Part shown: positions 49,701 to 63,344 of the stretch, in pieces | How positions within the stretch are numbered: position 1 is the stretch's first letter | Layout: every line of letters starts with the position of its first letter | From: Bispira polyomma | Taxonomy: Eukaryota | Direction: 5' to 3' | DNA length: 64,000 nucleotides | NCBI GenBank assembly: GCA_965649765.1 | Contig: OZ287753.1 | Location: forward strand, 47,120,001-47,184,000 | Translations under genes and position numbers: made by a program | Notes under the pieces: generated by a model | Database searches by the model: none | Told to the model about the DNA's origin: nothing | Seen by the model: only the letters and a program-made list of their open reading frames with translations

Positions 49701-51161
49701 ACTTACGTCCAACAATAGAGACTTAATATATAGTTTACATTTACCTCCTGTGCCTTACAAAAACTCATTAGTTTAGCTTACATGGCACAAACTAAAGATA
49801 AAGCTAGCTGACCATCTATTTGACTGCAACAAGGACGATGTCCCCTAGCCTTCTGATTGCTTTCAGGGATAGTGACTGAGGACCGTATGTTTGTAGTTTG
49901 CAGAGATAATGCAATCTACTCTGGCCACCTCTCCTGCACACCAAACAGTCGCCAGAATCAATTAATTCCCACTTGTAATTACCACTGTCAAATGTAATTC
50001 ATATTCTCATCACCAAGCTAAGACCTTCTCTTGACTGCCCAGTGAATCTCAATCAACATCCACACAAACACACATACATAGTATGTTTACGTCAAACCCA
50101 CCTTAAGTCAGCTTAAAAAGCTGTCAAAACTTTCATACTAGAAATACCATAAACTGTCATCATTAGAATTAGTAATATATTGAAAGATTTTGACAGATTT
50201 TTGTGACATATGTTAAGGTTTTAATATTATTAAGAAATTGGATCCACTGCTGTTCCCTAAGAAGAATAGTCAATAAAAGATTCTGGTTAATGTAGGTCAA
50301 TGCTGGGGCCTGCTACCTCCTTAACTAAAACCACTAATCTAGCTGATTAGAGGGTCGCTAGTCACTGCCATGAAAGTGAGGACAGAGATATTGTGGGATA
50401 GGTTTAGTTGGGTGAATCAGCATGTGTAGGAGCATTGTTGGTCATAATTCAATTCCTTTCCCTTTGAACTTCTTTCTGCCAAGACTTCTCTGAGAGTACA
50501 ACCGAGTCACAGATGTATTATTGGCCACAGAAAACCATAGAACTAATAATGTACTTATCCCAGGAGCTTATTGGAAATGTAATTTGTGTGCCGAGAATTT
50601 TACTCCTTTTTCTGCAAATGATTTCCTGCTTTGCTTTTTCTTGGGGTGTTTACACATCAATATTTGTAAACTGTAAGTTTGAATAACTGGATTTAGTGTA
50701 CACAGGAGGGGAAGTGCCATTTTTTTTTGTCTCTCCTATACTTAATTTATAACACACAAATTACTGCTACTGCTTGTTATAGGATAAATAAACTGCCATC
50801 TACCCTTCCTGTTTTAATCTTGCTTGTTTTGGCAATTTTACCCAACCTTCTCATAGCTCTCATTCTCTACGTTTCTGTAATTTTCGAGTTCCCTGTTCCG
50901 CTTCAAAACTCTTAACAAATTTTTTACTATCTTTCCCTCTCCAATCATTAGGTCATGCTTAGGGTACTGTTAGCCTGCTGTGTTCTTGTCATTATTAAAA
51001 TACATTCATGTAACTCAAGTTCTTCCCCCATGCTTTTTCCTTACAAATTTAAACTAGACCCATCCTTCCTTGCCTCTTGACAAGGCCAACACTGCATTTT
51101 TGTGTTTTAAGATGCACATAAATCGGCGACCAAACCCCCTGTTAATGGCCTCTGGATCCGT

Positions 51162-51760
51162 CTACTAACCGCTCTCTGAGAAGACGTCAGCATAAATCCA
51201 GGCCCTCCCCCATCCAAGCTAAAGATCGGGGCATTTAATGTCCGATCCTTGCGGAATGAGGTGCCTGCAGTCATCGACTTGATCACAGCTCAGGACCTGA
51301 ATGTTGCTGCTGTCTCTGAGACGTGGCTTAGTAGTAGGGATACCGCATCTTTCTTGTCCGATATAATTCCTCTCGGTTACAAATTTGTTCACTTTCCTAG
51401 GCTCCAAAAACACGAAGGGGAGTAGGCATATTTGTAAATATATTTCCTGTGCAGTTCTCAAAAATCAGTCTTATTCATTTTTTGAATCCTTCACATGCAA
51501 AATTTCAAATGGTTATCATTATTTCCTGGTTTCCTCTTTTTATCAACCACCCATTCCTTCTCCAGCCACCTTTACTCAATAGTTTTCCGAAATCCTCGAG
51601 ACCCTCAACCTTTTCTTTTTCGAAGCCATTATCCTTGGTGATTTCAACATCAAAATGGACAAAAAAAACACTGCAACAAAAGACATCAACAGCCTCCTTA
51701 TCACCTTTATTTCCTCACACGATGGATGACCAATGGTACACCTAGGGGGAAATTGACATA
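51162..51760 (+). mobile_element. L2/CR1-type LINE relic: 2A-like peptide plus APE endonuclease
   Basis: LLTAL*EDVSINPGP then KLKIGAFNVRSL...AVSETWL...GY.F...R, GVGIF, FYQPP, ILGDFNI; stops and frameshifts. Confidence 0.88.
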
Positions 51761-52292
51761 CACATTCATATATGTCCGTCAGGAAGAGATTTGTAGAAAC
51801 AATTTGGAGCAGCAAACAACAAAACATCAAGGGAAGTTATGAAGATGCTGGTGTTCCTTAATTCAAGAAATGAAAAAGCCCATCTCTCATCAACAAACAA
51901 CATGTGATGTGCACTACTAACAAGTAGCGTCATAGATAATATGTTTCCCCATTGGGATGAGCACACAAACATAGATATACAGCCAATAGTGCCTCGAACC
52001 AGTACCAGATCTGGAAACAGTGCATCGCTTCACACAAATTATTTGATCCTCTATATAAAATATCAAGTTAGTTTACATCATTGTATGCTGGTAGATTCAA
52101 AGCAGATTTTTTTTAACCTCTCCAGTTGTAAACTCTGCCAATTTATGAGGCTTATTGTGATTACAATCGTCCTTTTCACATCGTCTTTTTTTTACAGCTG
52201 TATTGCAGTTTTCTCTTTACACAAAACTAAAAGCAACTGTACCAATCTACAATTAAGGTCACAGATTTACAAACATCGTACTCTAATTAATG

Positions 52293-52460
52293 CTCCAGTG
52301 TTTAACCACTTGTTCCGGTGATCAGAAGGTCCCCAGTTCGACTCCCACTTATGCCGCTATGGTCATTGGGGGAGAACATCTTTGGGCAAGATGTGAACAG
52401 GTCAATTCCTTAGTGGCTCGGATGTACAGGACACTAGAGCATTAAGCGTGGTTAATAACA
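52293..52460 (+). mobile_element. tRNA-derived SINE, V-domain-like family (partial)
   Basis: ccagtgtttaa...ggtgatcagaaggtcc..agttcgactcc...tgggcaagatgtgaaca...tagtggctcggatg. Confidence 0.75.
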
Positions 52461-52664
52461 AACATATAGAAATGTAAGCATTTGCCTTATCAACAAACTA
52501 CAAGTGACTGCAATAGTAACAGTATTCTTTCCCCAGCACATTTGATGTGGTTAGCCAGTGGCTGGAAAATTACTGCATACATTACCAGTTTGGTAGTAAG
52601 TTTAGCACCATTGCTTGATCCTACTATCCTTTCTTAACCTAAAATTTATTGGACAGTCTCATTC

Positions 52665-52930
52665 TGTGATCCAGTGGTTATGGTGTCGCTCCCATGAACA
52701 GAAGGTCCCCGCTTCTATTACTGGTACCGACCGCTAGTTTCACTTGGGCAAGATGTGAACACAAGTTTGCCTAGTGGCACGGATCACCACTTGAAATCGG
52801 GGGGGTCCTCTGTACTATCTTCACTGACAGATTGAAGATTCTTGGGGGCCGTTGATAAATGGTCATCCTCAAGCAAGCCTCGACACCCATAGTGGCTGCC
52901 CATGAGGGAGCACATTTTAAATCATCATAT
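52665..52930 (+). mobile_element. tRNA-derived SINE, V-domain-like family
   Basis: gtgatccagtggtta...cagaaggtccc...ttgggcaagatgtgaacac...cggatcaccacttgaa..ggtcctctgt...gttgataaatggtcatcct. Confidence 0.75.
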
Positions 52931-52939
52931 GTTGTATAA

Positions 52940-53367
52940 GCCTAAGCTTCCTTTTAGCAGTCACTGACATCGGCCGATTTGTTAAAATCCGAGCCAATCC
53001 AATGTCGGCTTATGTAGTGCTTCCTTTCATCCGATATGTACTAAATATTAAGATATAATAAAAAAAATCTTTTTTGTTTTCTTAATTTTGGTCGTCCGAT
53101 GTAGTGCTTCCTTTCATCCGATATGTACTAAATATTAAGATATAATAAAAAAATAATCTTTCTTGTTTTCTTAATCTTTGTTTAAACATCAGGCCAACCA
53201 CCCGTTTTTTTCACTACCTGAATGATAAACTCTAATGGTGTAACAGACGTTGACCATCTGATCTGATCTATACAAAATATGTTAAATGGAAGCACATGGT
53301 AGTATTATGTAATGACGGACGTCGGCCGACATCAGCCGAGAAAATGATGCTGAAAGGAAGCCCAGTC
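52940..53367 (-). mobile_element. MITE family A, diverged copy with ~87-bp internal duplication
   Basis: gcctaagcttccttttagca ... tgctgaaaggaagcccagtc, taa/tta flanks; colinear with the 15889 copy; atgtagtgcttcctttcatccgatatg... duplicated at ~53012 and ~53099. Confidence 0.85.
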
Positions 53368-56300
53368 TTAGTGTGTTATAACAAATGTCATATTTCATTT
53401 CATTTGATTTAGTAAGAACTTCAAACTTTTATGTACACTTTAAGTTAATATGACATACTATCAATCTGAAGAGGTTTCCTTGTCGTAATTTGACTACTCC
53501 TCGGCAGCTTAAAATAGCTTGTTTTTCGAGAGTTACATCAAGGCGAGAAGAATTGTTAATTTGACTGCATTAGTAATTCAAAACACAAGGCACTTAAGAA
53601 AGCCTAGGATCCTGGTTTAGATTGTTCAGTAGAGGTAATCTTAATTGAAGTTGTCTCTGTGTGGCTTTTGGTGCTTATAATTAAAAACTCTGTTTTCAAT
53701 TTTTTTGCACCTGCATTAGAGTTTTTGTTTCTCATGCACAACTATGCAATACCTTACCATGTTACGGTTAAGGTTACTGTGAAGGGTACACATGTAAAAG
53801 ATATGTAGTGCCCTTCTAGTTCAATTATTAAAAGATCTTTTTGCACCATGACTTAAACCTCCTAAAATGTGTGAGGAATTAATACATTAAAGTTCAAAGA
53901 ATATTTCTATCTTTCACATATATAACCTAGCAATGTAGTTTACATTATCAAATGTAAAAAATTGTAGCTATCCATTATACATGCTCATGTACTTATAAAA
54001 CTAAAAAGTTGTTTTGGGTTGTTTTCTTCTTCAAAGTAATGATCCTACTGCATAAAAGAGGAAGCACTTAAGTCATGTTTAACTTTGCAGATGGAGGGAG
54101 TTCTCAAAGGCCCACAACAAATGTTACCTTGTCACACTGACAACTCAACTAAAGGCAGGAGAGCACAATGCCTTCTGACTTAAACTAGAAAATCTCACTT
54201 TGGAACAATATTTTCTGAATAAAAACATTTGCACAGCACTTCAAATTTCTTTAACTTAAAATTAGTAGCAAGTCAAAAGATATTAGTCATGGACATTGCC
54301 GACACAAAGACACATAAAGTAGAAATGTGGTTGTACATTGTTAAATGTTACCTTGGACTATTTCAGTGGCAACTTGATACATATCAGATTTACAGACTTT
54401 ACGATTCATTTTGATGAAATTCAGATGGGCTCGATTAGGGCAAAGCTGCTTTATTAGGAACCGGTATCCTCCATAATGGTGCTATTACTGACATTTATCC
54501 TTGAATTTTGCATAAAAAAAGTGCACAGATATGTCGACTTCTATTAACCTATTCGCCACTGATGGAGAGTAATTCTACTATACAGAGGGAAAATACTATA
54601 ACAAACTTTAATGTCATCACAAATTATGTTTTTGCAACAACTGATTACAGGATAAATTTATGTTAAAAGCAATGTACCGCAGATTTTATTCCTGTGTGTT
54701 GGGCGAGCTATACAATAACATTTTATACCATCGTCTGCTGGCCAATTGACATGGAACTGGCAAATAGAAATGTTCATCGACTGCTAGCCAATGGAAAAGG
54801 TCGTCCAGGGGTTAATACCTTTCTGTGCTTTCTTTATTAAAATTCACAGCAATAAATAAAACGTTTGTATTGGGCACAATCATTAAAAAATAGTGAAAGG
54901 ATCTTTAAATACTGCTACTATAAACACTACCATAAAGACTCAAGTAGGTCAGAGGGTATTCCCTGGTGAGAGGTCTACATGAAGAGGCTGCAGATAAGAA
55001 ACTTTCTAGTCCAAAGCATATCCAAACCTAGCAATCCAAACTTCTATGTTACAAGCTTTCTTGGTGTTTCCTTTATTCCTCCATGCAGTGTCTGCTGTTG
55101 TAAACACACAAGAGCTTTTGGTTTTCTTTTTAGTTGATAAGTAGGTGCTTTGGTGTACATCCCTGAACTGTTCATAGAAAAAGACCCACACCACTTTCAG
55201 AACCACATCACTTTCAACTTTAATGCTTTTCAAAAGCCACAACAGCCTAAAAAGCATGGTGCAGATAAGGAAGTGTTTGTTAGAGATTTCCTACAGCTAT
55301 AAATAGGAAGTCAAAAAAAAAAGCCACTGCTCAGACATGGAGTCAGAGAGCAGAGCTTTAAAAGTAGGAACTAGCTGTCATTCGCATACTGTTGTACCTT
55401 GGATGTTTTATTAACTTAAATGTTTTTCATTGAAAACAACTAAAATCTATGCAGCTACAAAGAAGTAAGGCAACAGATTTAACAAGCAATCAGTGACCAA
55501 TAAAACGGTCACGTGTTCGTTCGCTAACATTAATTACGTCAACCCAAAAAACCTATAGGCAATTTGCATCAAAATAAGATGAGAAAGCCTTTTTTATTGT
55601 GATTCCTGAGCTTTTTGTTGCATCAAATACCATTGAGAAATGGCTGAGATATTCAAGCTTAGATACAAGTACCCAGTTTTCAAAACTAGGGCAGCAGTAC
55701 AGGGTGCAATTCTGATTCCAGTTATATTCCGAGGTATAGTTTATACCCAGAAAATTTTAGCTTAAGTAATTCCAGAGAAATCAGAATTTCATCAATGCCT
55801 ACTAATGTCCAAACTTTTAAGATTTTTACAATGATTTCTTTACAAAACTCAAATAATATTTATTGGACTTGGAAACTGTTTGAACTGTCGATAAGCACAC
55901 TGGTGATATGAAAACGAAAAATATTAAGTAAAGCATTTTTATTAAAATAATAAACAGAAACCGGGGCTTTTGAAAACGTGTTCAAATTTCAGTTTCCTTG
56001 TTGTCAGCTTTATGTAGTCAATAATAATTTTAAATGATCTCGCTGCTAAAATAAACTCTTATATTAGGTGTTTTGAAAATGCATACACGTGGTACGCATT
56101 GAATAGAGTATCTGGCATTCTGAGATGGATTTGATTGGTTATTCTCCTATATACGGCATTTATAAAACACTGAAGAACAGTGGGCCTCTTGCATTGCTTC
56201 AAAGTTAAATATGTGACTATACAGGTCAAACATATGTTAGTGAGCCCTAGATTTTAGAAGCCGTTATTATAGTTTTTTACTAAGAAAATGAATCGACTGC

Positions 56301-57879
56301 ATTATCCCCCGAATTAAAAAAGGGTACCTGGCAAGTATGAAGTTCAATTTTCGGGCTGATTTCACAAAAATGCTGTCGCAACACAAAATCCGCCGCCACC
56401 CCATCAATGAGTGAAACTAGCCTTGCTTGACTCCCTCATTAAAAACCCATTTCATTCATGAAAATTATTTTTTAACGGTTACCTGAAGTAACTTAAAGCG
56501 TAAGTTGTTGAACCATAGCATTGGTATTAATTACCTATAAATAAGGTTTGAAAGTAGCATTTTTCCAAAAAATTTTCATACCTTATATCAATTTAAAAAG
56601 TACATGATTAACCTCTTACTTTATGAAAAAACGGAAGTTACAATAGTTTTTGACATTGAAAAAAAAAAATTCAGGTAATGTTCTGATTCAGATGCCACAA
56701 ACATTTCATAGTGGTATGACCACAAGGTATCTGTAAAAGATTAGAAACTCTAACTCTTGGATGAAAAGGCTGTTGACATGTAAACGCTGACTGTGAAGTA
56801 CACAGATGCAGACCCACTATATGGTCAGCTACTTTGTCAGCTGACATAAAAAGGATTTGCAAGCACTTCACTGATGTAACTGTTTAAATTTTGGAGGACA
56901 TTATCCTATAGAATACAATATTTACTTTGGACTGGGTGTAGCAACCACATGAGCAAATCTGAGTATGCCAATGGAATAACCCCTAATTATTTTTTATATT
57001 TACCATTGCCTGAACTGTAACAAAAACAGGTCATTAGTGGTGGCGAATAATAAGTTTATAAAGCACACCAGTGCCATTGAAGTAAAGAACAAAAATACAT
57101 GCTAGTGCTGCACTAATGAGAGATGTAATGAACACTGCAGCACAAAATGAAAATGAAAAAATATGATCAGAAAACCAAGGAAAAACTAATTTAAAAGCCT
57201 ATTACAAATAGTGGGCGAAAGCAAGATGACGGCTAAAAACATTAGTTTTGGGGCTAATTTAATGCGCCCATCGTGACAATTTTTTTATCCATACGGTAAA
57301 AGTGAAATAAATTGGCGAACATGACAGTTCTACCCACAGACTCTGTTATAAGTCTCTAAGTTATAAAAGCCATTTAAAAACAAATGGGTGATGCCATATA
57401 AGAAGCAACATATCTCTTTTACCCCACATGCTGATGTCAGCCAATGATTTCTTCGAAGTTCTTTGTGGAAACTACTTATAAATTGCAGCAAAACAGCTCC
57501 TCAGACAAACAGAAACCCTCCTCTGTTCAAGGAGAAAAAAATTTTGAACAACAGGTTTCTTTAGTGAGCTACATTAAAAAATGGCCTCTTTTTTTTTTTT
57601 TTTTTCATGTATATCACTTAAAATAGAAGTTCTAATAATATGATGGATCTAAGTATGCAACTGAGTATTTTTGGGGTTTTTGAAGTATTTACTTTGCAAT
57701 GCATACCCAGCAGTTAATTAATAACAGTATAAAGTAAAATTGTTCTTGTGGAAAAGGACATGTTGCAACATACATGGAATGAAATGTAGCCACAGCCACA
57801 AAAATTAAATCATTTCTGGCCTTAGTTTGACATTAGACCAATGACCTTAAACGTAAAAGTCTATTCTGAACTATATCTT

Positions 57880-58095
57880 TAGTTTAAGTTTAACATGGCT
57901 TTCAATAGATCTTGTGTCATATCACGATGGGCAGTTCACTGGTTAAGGAAATCAAAACAAGGAAGAGCGGGCCAAGGTTTTCTGCTCTGCAAACCATCAA
58001 CGTTAAGCAAATCTACTGCCAACATTGCCGCACACTCACCAGGGCTGAGATTTGAACCCATGACAGCACAGGTCGGAGATGAGAGTGTTACAATT
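57880..58095 (-). mobile_element. tRNA-derived SINE (Meta/MESC-like family)
   Basis: Reverse complement has B-box gggttcaaatct, gcagtagatttgctta core, ccttaaccagtgaactg...gtgatat, tail atgttaaa. Confidence 0.75.
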
Positions 58096-58470
58096 TTTTC
58101 TTGTTTGTGTGTTATGTGATCCCGAGAAGTGGTGTGCTGCATATCAATGCCAAAAATGCTCAAAATCATTCCATCGGTTTAAAAAGCCATGACTCAATTT
58201 CAATGAACTGGGTTAGTTTTATAACTGGCAAAGTGCAAAAGTATCATGTGACCCCCCTGGACAGAGAAACTATTAAGTAGATATGACTTTGCCACCACTA
58301 TGTTTCCTAGTTTTGATTTTGCCATTATTTTCACAGCAACAATGACTTTACCACCAAAGAAAATAAGTCATTGCAATTTTTTCTGGTGGTGTTGTCTTTT
58401 TGTTAAAATTAAAAACATGCCAATGCAAAATTGCTTATGTTGTCTGACCTTAATTGATTGTAAATTTTTG

Positions 58471-58530
58471 AGGGTGAACATGAGTTCATAAGGGTGAACA
58501 TGAGTTCATAAGGGTGAACATGAGTTGATA
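58471..58530. repeat. 20-bp tandem repeat x3
   Basis: agggtgaacatgagttcata x3. Confidence 0.95.
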
Positions 58531-58657
58531 AAGTCAAATATTTGGAAGACAGAAGTTGAAATAATGGAGGTTCTACTGTACCTGCATTTACTATGAAATA
58601 AAAAAGTCACTTATTTTTTACTTTATTTTACACTGATAAGAATCCACTTTTACACTG

Positions 58658-59048
58658 TTATTTTAACTGTTTTTCAGTATTTTCTATTGTATCTGTCTCT
58701 GTGGTGTTCTCTACACAGTCACTGGTCAGATCACCATGGTCTTCAGTGATACCTTGGAGTGAGCAGCCCATCTCTACACAGTCACTGGTCAGATCACCAT
58801 GGTCTTCAGTTATACCTTGCAGTGAGCAGCCTTTCTCTACACAGTCACTGGTCAGATCACCCTGGTCTTCAGTGATACCTTGGAGTGGGCAGCCCCTCTG
58901 TACACAATCACTGGTCAGATCACCATGGTCTTCAGTGATACCTTGGAGTGAGCAGCCCCTGTGAGTCCCTGGTGTGTTAGAGGACTGTGTGGTGACACTA
59001 CAGGAGACAGAGCCCTTGGCGTCCTCTGGGTCACTCTCTTCATCACTG
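58658..59048 (-). CDS. Candidate terminal coding exon with four 21-aa repeats
   Basis: Minus-strand acceptor ttgtgttacag|cag; open frame SDEESDPEDAK...(GCSLQGITEDHGDLTSDCVEx)x4...TTETDTIENTEKQLK*; GC above background; upstream exons not identified. Confidence 0.4.
58710..58960. repeat. 63-bp tandem repeat x4
   Basis: ctacacagtcactggtcagatcaccatggtcttcagtgataccttggagtgagcagccc.. Confidence 0.95.
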
Positions 59049-60568
59049 CTGTAACACAATGCTCATCAGTCAGAGGATCACATTATAATATGGTAATACA
59101 CAGTCTAAGCTGTGAAGAGCAACTTCCCACAGAATGATTCCAGAATCATTTACATGAGTCAGTACATGATATGTTGTTAAACAATACATATATGCTGTTA
59201 AACAATACATAGGACTAAAAGTCATATATATTGAAAGCACCCAATCTATGGACAGGATAATAATTGTTTTACTTCTAAAATCTGTTTTACTTCTAAAACC
59301 TAAGAGAGAGCATTGTAACCTGATTTATGGATATGACATCGAACCCTTTTCAAAATTATCTGCCCATTGGGGATGCTATAAAGCTGACAGTCGTTTAGTT
59401 TTTAGTTCAGTAAATCTTAACGGACACCATTATAGTGCTTTCATATTATTATTATAATATAGATAGTCAGAACATTTTAGATTAAAACATTTTTGTCTCA
59501 TTAAAACATCACTCAATTTTGCACAAGTCACAGAAATTCAAGATGCCTTCCAAAACTGTAAATTCAGAATTATTTAATTTTTTTATGGAAGTATAAAATT
59601 CATATGAATTTGCAGATTGAAACTAACTTTTTAAACTATCCTAAAAATTCAAAATAATGAAGTGAGATGTTATCAGTCACCAAAGACTGATATTGAGATA
59701 AAATACAATCCTACAAACTTTAACTGCAATACCTAATATAATTTGAGAGAAAACTATAAAAAGCAAACCTTCCAAAAAGTATTTTTTTATGTCGCTTTCA
59801 TCAAAAGAAAGACCTTGTGTTCAGTAATTGAATACAAGTGAGACTATAAAGCTAGGGTGGGCTCTCAGGGCCACTAGAGCTAGCAGCGAAAAACCATTCT
59901 AAAAACAAGTGCCCCATATCAGGGACATTTATTTAATGTGTGAAGGGACACTCGGTGGGGGAAATTAAACGGTTTCAGATTTCAGCAGTGAATATATAAA
60001 AAGCCTGCACTAAATTGCATTAAATATCCCAAGCCTGGTATAAGATAAAGTTACAGCAGATTCTAAAGAACTATTTGTGACATTTAAAAATGTAATTGAA
60101 AACACATTGTCGGGTATTGTAGATTTTACGCTAATCAGAGTTTGGCCAAGCAAAAGCTCTGATCAGACTTTGTCCTAAGATAATCAGGGATTGTCCCAAA
60201 TCAATGTTTTGACATATAAACTTTGAATTCAGAGTTATTAATTTAGTGGTTCTGGAGAAAAAGATTGTCAAAAAAGTAGTGTATTAGATATTATACATAG
60301 TCGTGTAATAGTAACTGATTTTAAATTTTGAAATATAACACACACAGTAATAGTATTTACATTTGGAAATGCAAATACCAATAGATTACATGTCTAAAAA
60401 TAAAGTAAGTTGCTGGTACCCCACAAAAATAATTAAAACATTTCATGGATTTTTCTAAATCAAAGTAATGTCTGCATCCAGGTACCAGGAAATCATTTTG
60501 TGCCAGAGGTTCCAGGTGTGTGTCAGTAGTATGTTTTGTAGTGTGTAGAAGACTGTCGGACTAGTCAG

Positions 60569-60800
60569 TGGTCATATTCTTCAAAAGTCTATGGCTCAAC
60601 TCAGACTTAAGCTCAACTCTAAGCTCTAATTATCTCTGGCTAGAATGAAGTCAAATAAAATCTGACAATGTATTTGAATTCAGCGCTGACCGCTCTGATA
60701 AAATAAATGGTCATAAGTACATGTTTTTCTCCATGTACAAGAATTACACAATATCCTTCATTTGAGCCGAGTTTGAGTTTCTTTAAAGCATACCAGCCCA
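60569..60800 (+). mobile_element. MITE family C, degenerate
   Basis: tggtcatattcttc...ggctcaactcagacttaagctc ... tttgagccgagtttgag...cataccagccca; similar to 20621. Confidence 0.55.
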
Positions 60801-60826
60801 GAACATCATATAGTACAGCCTGAATG

Positions 60827-60905
60827 CTACAGTACAGTAAGTTACCTGCCCTACAGTACAGTAAGTTACCTGCCCTACAGTACAGTAAGTTACCTGCCCT
60901 ACAGT
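60827..60905. repeat. 24-bp tandem repeat x3.3
   Basis: ctacagtacagtaagttacctgcc, identical copies. Confidence 0.95.
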
Positions 60906-63344
60906 TTACTATTGCACCTAATACAAAGTGTGTTCAGAGAAACCCAAGTATTTATTGAGTTTGATGATAAAGATCAAAGCAGTGTTTGATGTTAATGAGC
61001 CTGGAGATACAAGACTGATGCTGCACCAACAATAAAGGGCCAAACTCTCACTGATCTCACGCTACTATTGAAGTTAGAGTAACATTTTTAACAACGAAAC
61101 AAGGAAAAAAGGGAGTTCAGTGGTTTACAAGAAGACAATTGAGTGTGTCAAATACACTGAATCCATGGCCAGTTTAGCTGGAGGAAAGTTTAAAACATTT
61201 ACAATTTCTGACAGTTTCACTGGAATTAATGTTTACCATTGGATATGTGTCCTTAAAAACTTAATTAAAGTCACATTTTTAATGGGAATTAGTTTTCACT
61301 ATTGGCCTTTGACTAAAATAAATAAAATTACTTTCTGATGAAAATACCTTCTACCTATACAGTAAATTGCTTGGTATTAAACTCATGCTCTCTTTTAGAT
61401 AATACCTGTGCATAAACCTGTATGCAACTTATGACACTTTTGAGATCAAAAGCACAGAATCATGTACAGGATATATATATATTTTTAGGATCTATTTTTG
61501 AGCCTGTAAATGTCCATTAAAAGCCTAGCTCTACCACCCACACAGTTTATATGCTCATAATTAGCGTGTTCGATCTGTCCTCTCTGTCCCCACAAACTTA
61601 TTAAGGTGCCACTTTTATAGATATTGCATGTGGTGACTGCAAAAATGTCAGTTGATAAAAACAATGAAGGAAAGCCTATTAACCAGAAAGCCTACTAAAC
61701 AATGAATGGGCATCAAGTTAACTAAAAACACATATTGAAAGTTTTTTTCTGAAATTTTTATAGAAGAAACCTAAAACTAGAGTACTCTGTGAGCAAAGTT
61801 TGCTTTTTAGGGTTTTCTCTCTGGTGACAAATATAACCTAAAACTCTGTTGGCCATTCACCCCCAACCAACACTATCTGACATAGAAAAAAGTTAGTAAC
61901 AAATGAGAGGAGTGTTAAAAACTGGCACAAAGTCAGCCTCCACAGGACTGGAAAATTGCATAGATATAATAAGATACATAATATAAATGTGATGCATTAA
62001 CACATGAAATATGGCAAAAAATAGCTGTAAAATTGACCTGTATGGCACCAGTTGGACTCAAGATTGGCCTGTTTTGATCAGAATAATAAATTCCCACACT
62101 CCGGTTGCCTATAGGCTGCCAAAATACTCCAATACAAATTCACGGTACTGAATACATTGACTGAATCTCCATTATGAATACATGGTCAGATATGTGCATG
62201 AAAAATAGGATCAGGAAAGAAAGAGTAATTTTTAAAAATTTAATACCGTATTCGACGTAATTAGCACACATGCCCCATTAACCGTACATCACCTAATTTT
62301 ATGTTTGGTATGGTTCTCTAATTAAAATAATACTTTAGCCTTATTTTAAGTATCAGCATGTACCTGTGCAAATGAGAATTTGAAAGAGGAAAAAAAAACA
62401 ATTCCACTACTCTTTCTAAAATAAAATTAGTTTGCAAGTAACTGCAATAAATACCATATAAAATTGAGAATTGGTACATGGGTTATTTTCAAAAACAAAT
62501 GAAGAACTGCAATCAAAACCTTTAGTGCTTGTGGAAGTACACTTGCAATATTAATTGATGCAGTCTTCCTGCACTCAGGTTTACATGTAGATAGAAAAAG
62601 GGAAGTCATAAATTTGAACAGTACAAGAAGTGACTGATAAAGTAGCCTTGTTCAAAGAGATTTAGGGCTCAACTTTGTTGTATATGGCAAATCAGTGTGC
62701 ACACTTATTTTTGACAAAATAACGACTACCAATGAGTTTAGCATGATTAATGTAATTGGAATATAATCTCTTAATATATTATTTAAACAAAAATGTTAAA
62801 TTTAAATAAATAAATATATTAACTATACATGTTTTAGATTAATGATGTGACATACAAGCCCCAACAAGGTTACTATTCTGTTGAGCAAATGGCCATTAGG
62901 ATCCAGTAAAATTTTGCTTCAAGTTCTATTTGCCAAATATACATCTTATTTCTTGTTGTAGGCTGTAAAAGTTTGAAATAGTGATGCCTTTAAAAGCTGG
63001 AAGAATTTATCATACTAACAATAACAGAGTAATTTAGTAAAGTTTCAAAATCAATTTTTCAATAACTGTCAGTTTTACAGCAAGTTTTAATAGTAATACT
63101 TCATTGTGGAGCTTTCCATTATTGTAAAATTTACCAACATGAACACATCTGCACAATATATGCTATATAGTTTAAAAAGCAAGAATCAGTCTTAAACTAA
63201 ATAACAATTGCTGCAGATTTATTTACTTCTCATTTTTCATTCATATGTGTTCAATCAAACCAGTTAAATTTTGGCTTGGTAATAATTATATAATTGTTTT
63301 ATCCCATCGTGACATTATTTTCCCTTTTTTTTATCTTAGTTATA

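Noticed and set aside
55006-55257. 83-aa minus-strand ORF and most other 60-110-aa ORFs in the track
   Set aside because: No recognisable motifs or splice support; many overlap repeats or are antisense to real ORFs
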